Assembly: GCA_977020255.1 (NCBI GenBank)
Contig: CDROCS010005135.1
Location: 62,001 to 126,000 of the forward strand
From: Obrimoposthia wandeli
Lineage: Eukaryota
Length of the DNA stretch: 64,000 nucleotides
Direction of reading: 5' to 3'
Under the pieces are notes generated by a model, which was not told where the DNA came from, searched no databases, and saw only the letters and a list, made by a program, of their open reading frames with translations. Of the stretch, positions 59,422-64,000 are shown piece by piece; the stretch's first letter is position 1; each line of letters starts with the position of its first letter. The translations under genes were made by a program, and so were the position numbers.

Positions 59422-59946
59422 TCACTCAACGAGTTCTTTAATGGTTTCCCAGCGATAAACAAATTCTTGAACATAGCTACCATCAGGCGCTTGCCATGTT
59501 TGAGTTTTCTCATTGAATGCACCTAGCTTTTGATAAAATTTCTGAGCATCTACATTACCCGTTAATACTTCAAGGTAAAGTCCATTATCTGGTGCGTGTT
59601 GGTAAGCTATTTGTGTTGCAGCGGTGAGTAACTTTTTACCCACACCTTGTCCTTTATAGTGTTTACTGATGTGTAGGTTTTCGATTAATGTTCCCCATTG
59701 ATTATGGTTATCGATATAAATACAAATAAAACCACAAACGATGTTATTTTCGCACGCCACTAAAATACGTTGGTGGCTCTTTGGGGTATCAAATCGTTGC
59801 TGCCACACTGTTTTACGATCTTCAAATATGTCGTTATCTAGATACTTATCTGACAACATGCCGCGATATATACCTTGCCAGTTCGTTGAATGTAAATGTG
59901 AAATTTGGCTAATATCTTCTTGTGTTGCCATTCTTAGGTTTATCAT
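59422..59946 (-). CDS. GNAT family N-acetyltransferase
   Basis: IENLHISKHYKGQGVGKKLL, LEVLTGNVDAQKFYQKLG. Confidence 0.9.
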   Translation of the reverse strand: MINLRMATQEDISQISHLHSTNWQGIYRGMLSDKYLDNDIFEDRKTVWQQRFDTPKSHQRILVACENNIVCGFICIYIDNHNQWGTLIENLHISKHYKGQGVGKKLLTAATQIAYQHAPDNGLYLEVLTGNVDAQKFYQKLGAFNEKTQTWQAPDGSYVQEFVYRWETIKELVE

Positions 59947-60231
59947 AAATGTCGCTTACTGCCCATTCAGTGAAGTAGCTTGGGTACTTATTTATTATTT
60001 ATAGCATGTGATTAGCCTCTGAAACACTGATATAAAAAGATAATATGTTTGAAAATGATAACGGTTGGCTGATTTTACAGGAATGTTAGCAAGTATCAGT
60101 CGTGGTGCTGATATTGGTTTAGACAGTAATCTTGTATAAGAAAAGGAATATTGGTGAGCGATGGTGTATTTGTCTAAAAAAGAAAAACAGGCCACTAGCT
60201 AGGAATAGTAACCCGTTTTATTTCAAATTAA

Positions 60232-60375
60232 TTAACCTTTCGGTTTATCTTTGGGCTTGATTGGCTGATCTCCAATCGTTGTTTTACCCGGACATATCCG
60301 TTTAACTGGACATTTAGGGCATCCCCATACGGCAGCATAGGGGCATAATGCCATTTCTTTACTTTTTGTTGCCAT
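60232..60375 (-). CDS. 47-aa four-Cys small protein (not in ORF track)
   Basis: GAGGT RBS; MATKSKEMALCPYAAVWGCPKCPVKRICPGKTTIGDQPIKPKDKPKG. Confidence 0.7.
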   Translation of the reverse strand: MATKSKEMALCPYAAVWGCPKCPVKRICPGKTTIGDQPIKPKDKPKG

Positions 60376-60416
60376 CCACTTATACCTCGTTCAATGATTG
60401 CTCACAGATATTTTAA

Positions 60417-62687
60417 TTACTTACTTAATTCTGCTGTTAATAGGCGTTTAGTTATACGGTCTTGCAAGTTATTTGGCTCATTCATACCAATACGTTTTAA
60501 TAGTGGTTCAATAGCGGCTGTTGGCTTTGGAGCCGATAGTGCCTGCCATAAACACTGTACTTTGCCTTTTCTTGTTGCTGTTTTATTTTTGAGTGACTTT
60601 AATGCTTTACCTAATTTGAGCTCTTCTTCAGTAAAGCTACAACCGAAGGGGAAAGGGCCGAAGAAATCTTGTGCTGTATATTTGTTATATATCTGTGCAA
60701 TGGCTTCAGGGGTGTTATTACAGAATTCTGCGGGAATTTGGTAATCTTTTGCCACTTTTCCTGCTGCTTTGGCTTTTGCTAGTAATTCTTGCTGGAAGCG
60801 TGAGTCGGCAATTTTAATCAGTTCTGTATATACAACGTGATCTGACTTACTGCGAAGATCTGCAATCCCATATTCAGTAATAACTGTATCGCGAAGATGG
60901 CGAGGTATTGTCGTGTGGCCGTAATTGAATAAAATATTTGATTGAAGCTTACCACCACGTACGCAACAGCTACGTAATTTTAGAATAGAGCGTGCCCCGG
61001 GTAGTTGATGAGCTTGTGCGACAAAGTTATATTGACCGCCTACACCACTAACGACTTGCCCATTTTCTAAGGCATCTGAAATAACAGACCCATTTAACGT
61101 CACCATCATGGCTGAGTTAATAAAACGTGCATGCTTACGTTGTGCTTGCTTGAGTTGCTGGCTACCAAGGAAATGATCATAAAGCTCATTCACGTAGTTC
61201 ACACTCGTCATACAGAATTGATCATGCTCAGCATCTGTCAAAGAATTAAGCGCGTCGTAAAAATCTTTAGGCCCGATGAAGAATGCACCGTGCATAACTA
61301 CACCGCCGCATAATGCTGAATTCAAACAATGTTTGGTTATCCATTGTAAGGCTTCTTCATTTTTTAAATGGCCTAAATAGCTGCTATCAGTAATGTTAAG
61401 TAGACCATCGTGGTATTGCACTGATGACTTAAACACACCAATGCGTTTTAAATAAGCGACATCATCACTGTTTAATACTGAAGATATTGCGTTATGTTCA
61501 AGCAAGGTGAGTAATGTTGAAATAGTGACTTTTGGCGTGATTTTCTTTTCGTTTAGTAGGGTTTGTATTGTTAAATCTTCGAATACCTCACGCTTGAGAA
61601 TACCGGCTTTAAATAAGTGCATGAAGCCATCGACCATCAGCTCACTACAGCCGTACAAGCCTTCTTCGAATGTGCCCGTTTCACCAATAACACGACTAAG
61701 AGGGAATTTTTCAGCAACTTGTAGATCGTGAAGTACTTGTTGGTAAATCGGGTTATTCTGATGACGTAGCATAGTACTGTACGTTAATGCGCTACTGAGT
61801 GAACCAATACCAACTTGTAATGTGCCGCCATCTTTAATGAGCGCACTCGAATATAGCCCAATCATATGATCTTCTTGGGAAATACTGGCATTTGGTGCTG
61901 CAAATAGTGCGTAATCTTCATGTTTTTCGTTCAGGTTGCCATCAAGAATGAAATCGAATTCGGAGTCTGCGACTTCTGCATGGTTACGCATGAATGGCAT
62001 GTTGTTGTTAACTTCACCAACAATTGCCATAGGAACGCCTTCTGCTTTCAATCGATCCATTTCAGGAATGAAATCTAACGCTAAATCAGAGTTACTGCAC
62101 AAGCTGTACGTTGTTACGCCATTAATGACACGTTTGGCAACGATTTGGGCGACAACATTCACCCCTTTATCTAACAGATCTCGAACGGCATGCGTATAGT
62201 TTGTACTGGTGTAATTTAATTGCTGTGTGCTATTTAAAAAGCTGCCTGCTTTGAAGAAAAATTCATTCACGCAGATATTGCTAGGCATATCGCCTTTACG
62301 AAGACCACAGATATAATCAATATCGGGTACATTCGCAAATTCGCGTTTGACGAATGGCCCTAAAAAATTTTTCTCTAACGTACTTTTACCAATAGGTTTT
62401 TCGAGTGTAATACCCGTTTCTATACGAAGTGAAATAGAAGGATCGGCTTTAGCTCGTTGATAAAGCGCATTGATAAAAGCAATGGGTTTTCCGATAGCAA
62501 GAGGTACGCCGATAACGATTTTCTTTCCAACTTGCGCAATTATTTGATCAACAAGTTCATCTGGTGTTGCTAATGTTTGCGCAGCAGATTTTGTTTCGTT
62601 TTCTGTATGTAATGTTTGGTCATCGGAATGACTAGGAGAAAGAGCAGAAGGGTAAATAGGTGTATCTATAAATTCAAGTACAGACAT
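60417..62687 (-). CDS. Acetyl-CoA hydrolase/acyl-CoA transferase family protein (long form)
   Basis: TLQVGIG, SGVGGQYNFVAQAH, IPRHLRDTVITEYGIADLR; start ATG 62687 after AAGGA. Confidence 0.85.
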   Translation of the reverse strand: MSVLEFIDTPIYPSALSPSHSDDQTLHTENETKSAAQTLATPDELVDQIIAQVGKKIVIGVPLAIGKPIAFINALYQRAKADPSISLRIETGITLEKPIGKSTLEKNFLGPFVKREFANVPDIDYICGLRKGDMPSNICVNEFFFKAGSFLNSTQQLNYTSTNYTHAVRDLLDKGVNVVAQIVAKRVINGVTTYSLCSNSDLALDFIPEMDRLKAEGVPMAIVGEVNNNMPFMRNHAEVADSEFDFILDGNLNEKHEDYALFAAPNASISQEDHMIGLYSSALIKDGGTLQVGIGSLSSALTYSTMLRHQNNPIYQQVLHDLQVAEKFPLSRVIGETGTFEEGLYGCSELMVDGFMHLFKAGILKREVFEDLTIQTLLNEKKITPKVTISTLLTLLEHNAISSVLNSDDVAYLKRIGVFKSSVQYHDGLLNITDSSYLGHLKNEEALQWITKHCLNSALCGGVVMHGAFFIGPKDFYDALNSLTDAEHDQFCMTSVNYVNELYDHFLGSQQLKQAQRKHARFINSAMMVTLNGSVISDALENGQVVSGVGGQYNFVAQAHQLPGARSILKLRSCCVRGGKLQSNILFNYGHTTIPRHLRDTVITEYGIADLRSKSDHVVYTELIKIADSRFQQELLAKAKAAGKVAKDYQIPAEFCNNTPEAIAQIYNKYTAQDFFGPFPFGCSFTEEELKLGKALKSLKNKTATRKGKVQCLWQALSAPKPTAAIEPLLKRIGMNEPNNLQDRITKRLLTAELSK

Positions 62688-63096
62688 GACAAATTCCTTT
62701 TTCACTATATTTACTATTGGTGGCGAGTGTTTGCTAAGTTGTTTTATTATTATCTTTATACTTTTTAAGGATAGAGTTATGACTCTAGTTGTCTATTGAA
62801 AATTGAACTTTATTTCAATATGTTGAACCCAATCACAGATAGTTAGGTGAAATAAATAACGATAATTAGGTTGAGGATTCTAAAATAAACAAATAAAGCC
62901 GGATGTTCACATAAGTATTTGATTTATTTCTTGTTTTTGGTTTTTGGTTTTTTGTGAGCTCAGCGGTGTTCTAATTATAAAATTAGAAAGAATGATCTAA
63001 TTTTAATTGCTAACCTTATTTTAATGATAGATGCCATTGTTTCTTTATATTTCATTCGTAATAAGAAGCAGGCTGTAATAAATAAGGGAATTAATT

Positions 63097-63453
63097 ATGA
63101 TGCTCAAAAATATAATCGGAAGTGTTAAATCTGTTACTTCTGTTGGTGAAGAGACTGCTCGCACTGTTTATTTAGCGGGTCTAGGTGCTTATAGCAAAGG
63201 CATGGAACAAAAACAGCAAACTCAAGGCTTGTTAAATAGCCAATTCCGCGCTTTAGTTGATAAAGGTGAATATGTTGAAGCCGAGAGTAAACAGCGTATT
63301 TATTCAACCAAAAAAGTTGTTTTAGGTAACGTTGAAAAGCAGGTTAATTATGTTATTCGCCGTACAAGCGGTATCGACCGTACTAAATTATCAGGCCTTG
63401 AAGAGCGTATTGATACGTTAACGGCAGCTGTTGATAAGCTTTTGCAAAAATAA
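63097..63453 (+). CDS. Phasin-family (PhaI/PhaF-like) granule-associated protein
   Basis: VYLAGLGAYSK, FRALVDKGE, LEERIDTLTAAVDKL. Confidence 0.75.
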   Translation: MMLKNIIGSVKSVTSVGEETARTVYLAGLGAYSKGMEQKQQTQGLLNSQFRALVDKGEYVEAESKQRIYSTKKVVLGNVEKQVNYVIRRTSGIDRTKLSGLEERIDTLTAAVDKLLQK

Positions 63454-63464
63454 GAGGAACATCT

Positions 63465-64000
63465 ATGCCTAGTTTGTCTCTTCTCGACTTAAGTTTCATT
63501 ATTTTTGAATCTGACAAAACACCAATGCATGTAACTGGTTTAGTTATATTAGAACCGCCTAAAGAGCATGCGGATACGTATGCGCAAGATCTCTATGGTG
63601 AATTTTTACAGCAAACTGACGTGACAGCACCTTTTAATTGGAAGCTTCAGTGGTCGTTTACGGGCAAACCAAGCTGGCAAACACTTCCGAGAGTGAATTT
63701 AGACGATCATTTACGTATCACTATGCTTCCATCACCAGGAAATGACCAACAGTTACAACAAGTTGTTGGTCGTTTACATGGTCAAGTATTGGATCGAAGT
63801 CGACCAATGTGGGAAGTATGGGTGATTGGTGGTCTTGAAAATAATCGTGTGGCTATTGTATTTAAAGTTCACCATTCAATGGCGGATGGTGTTCGTGCCA
63901 GCAGTTTATTTACCCGAAGTTGTGCCACAAACCCTGAAGACTCATTTAGCCAGCCTATTTGGCAGTGTGATTTACGTAAAACGGCATCAGAGCGTCGTGC
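63465..64000 (+). CDS. Wax ester synthase/diacylglycerol acyltransferase (3'-truncated by window edge; absent from ORF track)
   Basis: AGAGG RBS; LSLLDLSFIIFESDKTPMHV, LDRSRPMWE, catalytic HHSMADG at 63870-63890. Confidence 0.9.
   Translation, partial: MPSLSLLDLSFIIFESDKTPMHVTGLVILEPPKEHADTYAQDLYGEFLQQTDVTAPFNWKLQWSFTGKPSWQTLPRVNLDDHLRITMLPSPGNDQQLQQVVGRLHGQVLDRSRPMWEVWVIGGLENNRVAIVFKVHHSMADGVRASSLFTRSCATNPEDSFSQPIWQCDLRKTASERR

Noticed and set aside
60318-60350. GC-rich hairpin read as a terminator of the acyl-CoA transferase
   Set aside because: It lies inside the Cys-rich small ORF and has no U-tract
694-62199. Many short antisense or overlapping ORFs in the track (e.g. 8476-9150, 26631-27224, 51034-51471, 60394-60744)
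   Set aside because: They are shadows of well-supported genes on the other strand or frame, with no RBS or recognisable motif; the 26631 ORF reflects Sel1 periodicity

Overview
A 64-kb chromosomal window from a member of the Vibrionaceae (probably Photobacterium; inferred from gene content and protein style, not verified). From left to right it holds: (1) the end of a sialic-acid TRAP transporter (siaPQM); (2) a ~37-kb purine catabolism supercluster (xdhABC-guaD, 8-oxoguanine deaminase with two NCS2 permeases, puuD/uraH/uraD/puuE/alc/allA, gcl-hyi-glxR-glycerate kinase, malate synthase-glcG, and RutR-like, GntR and LysR regulators), interrupted by ~7 kb of unrelated accessory genes; (3) an ECF transporter with an upstream Met box; (4) uvrY-uvrC-pgsA; (5) three related tRNA loci (3 Cys, 4 Leu-TAA, 4 aberrant Gly-GCC) interleaved with a PfoR-like gene, the norspermidine operon and a dsbA gene; (6) a GNAT, an acyl-CoA transferase, a phasin and a WS/DGAT that runs off the right edge. 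Best leads: a secreted His/Cys-motif ORF ending in ...LYKPPIV directly upstream of dsbA, whose Pro-Pro-Ile codons are complementary to the dsbA ribosome-binding site (candidate arrest-peptide control of DsbA); tRNA-Gly-like elements with a hairpin inserted in the T-arm; an unannotated 47-aa four-Cys microprotein; a neutral-lipid storage gene set; and two operator motifs (TTGTATACAA and RutR boxes) readable across the purine cluster. No CRISPR array, rRNA, integrase or transposase was seen.
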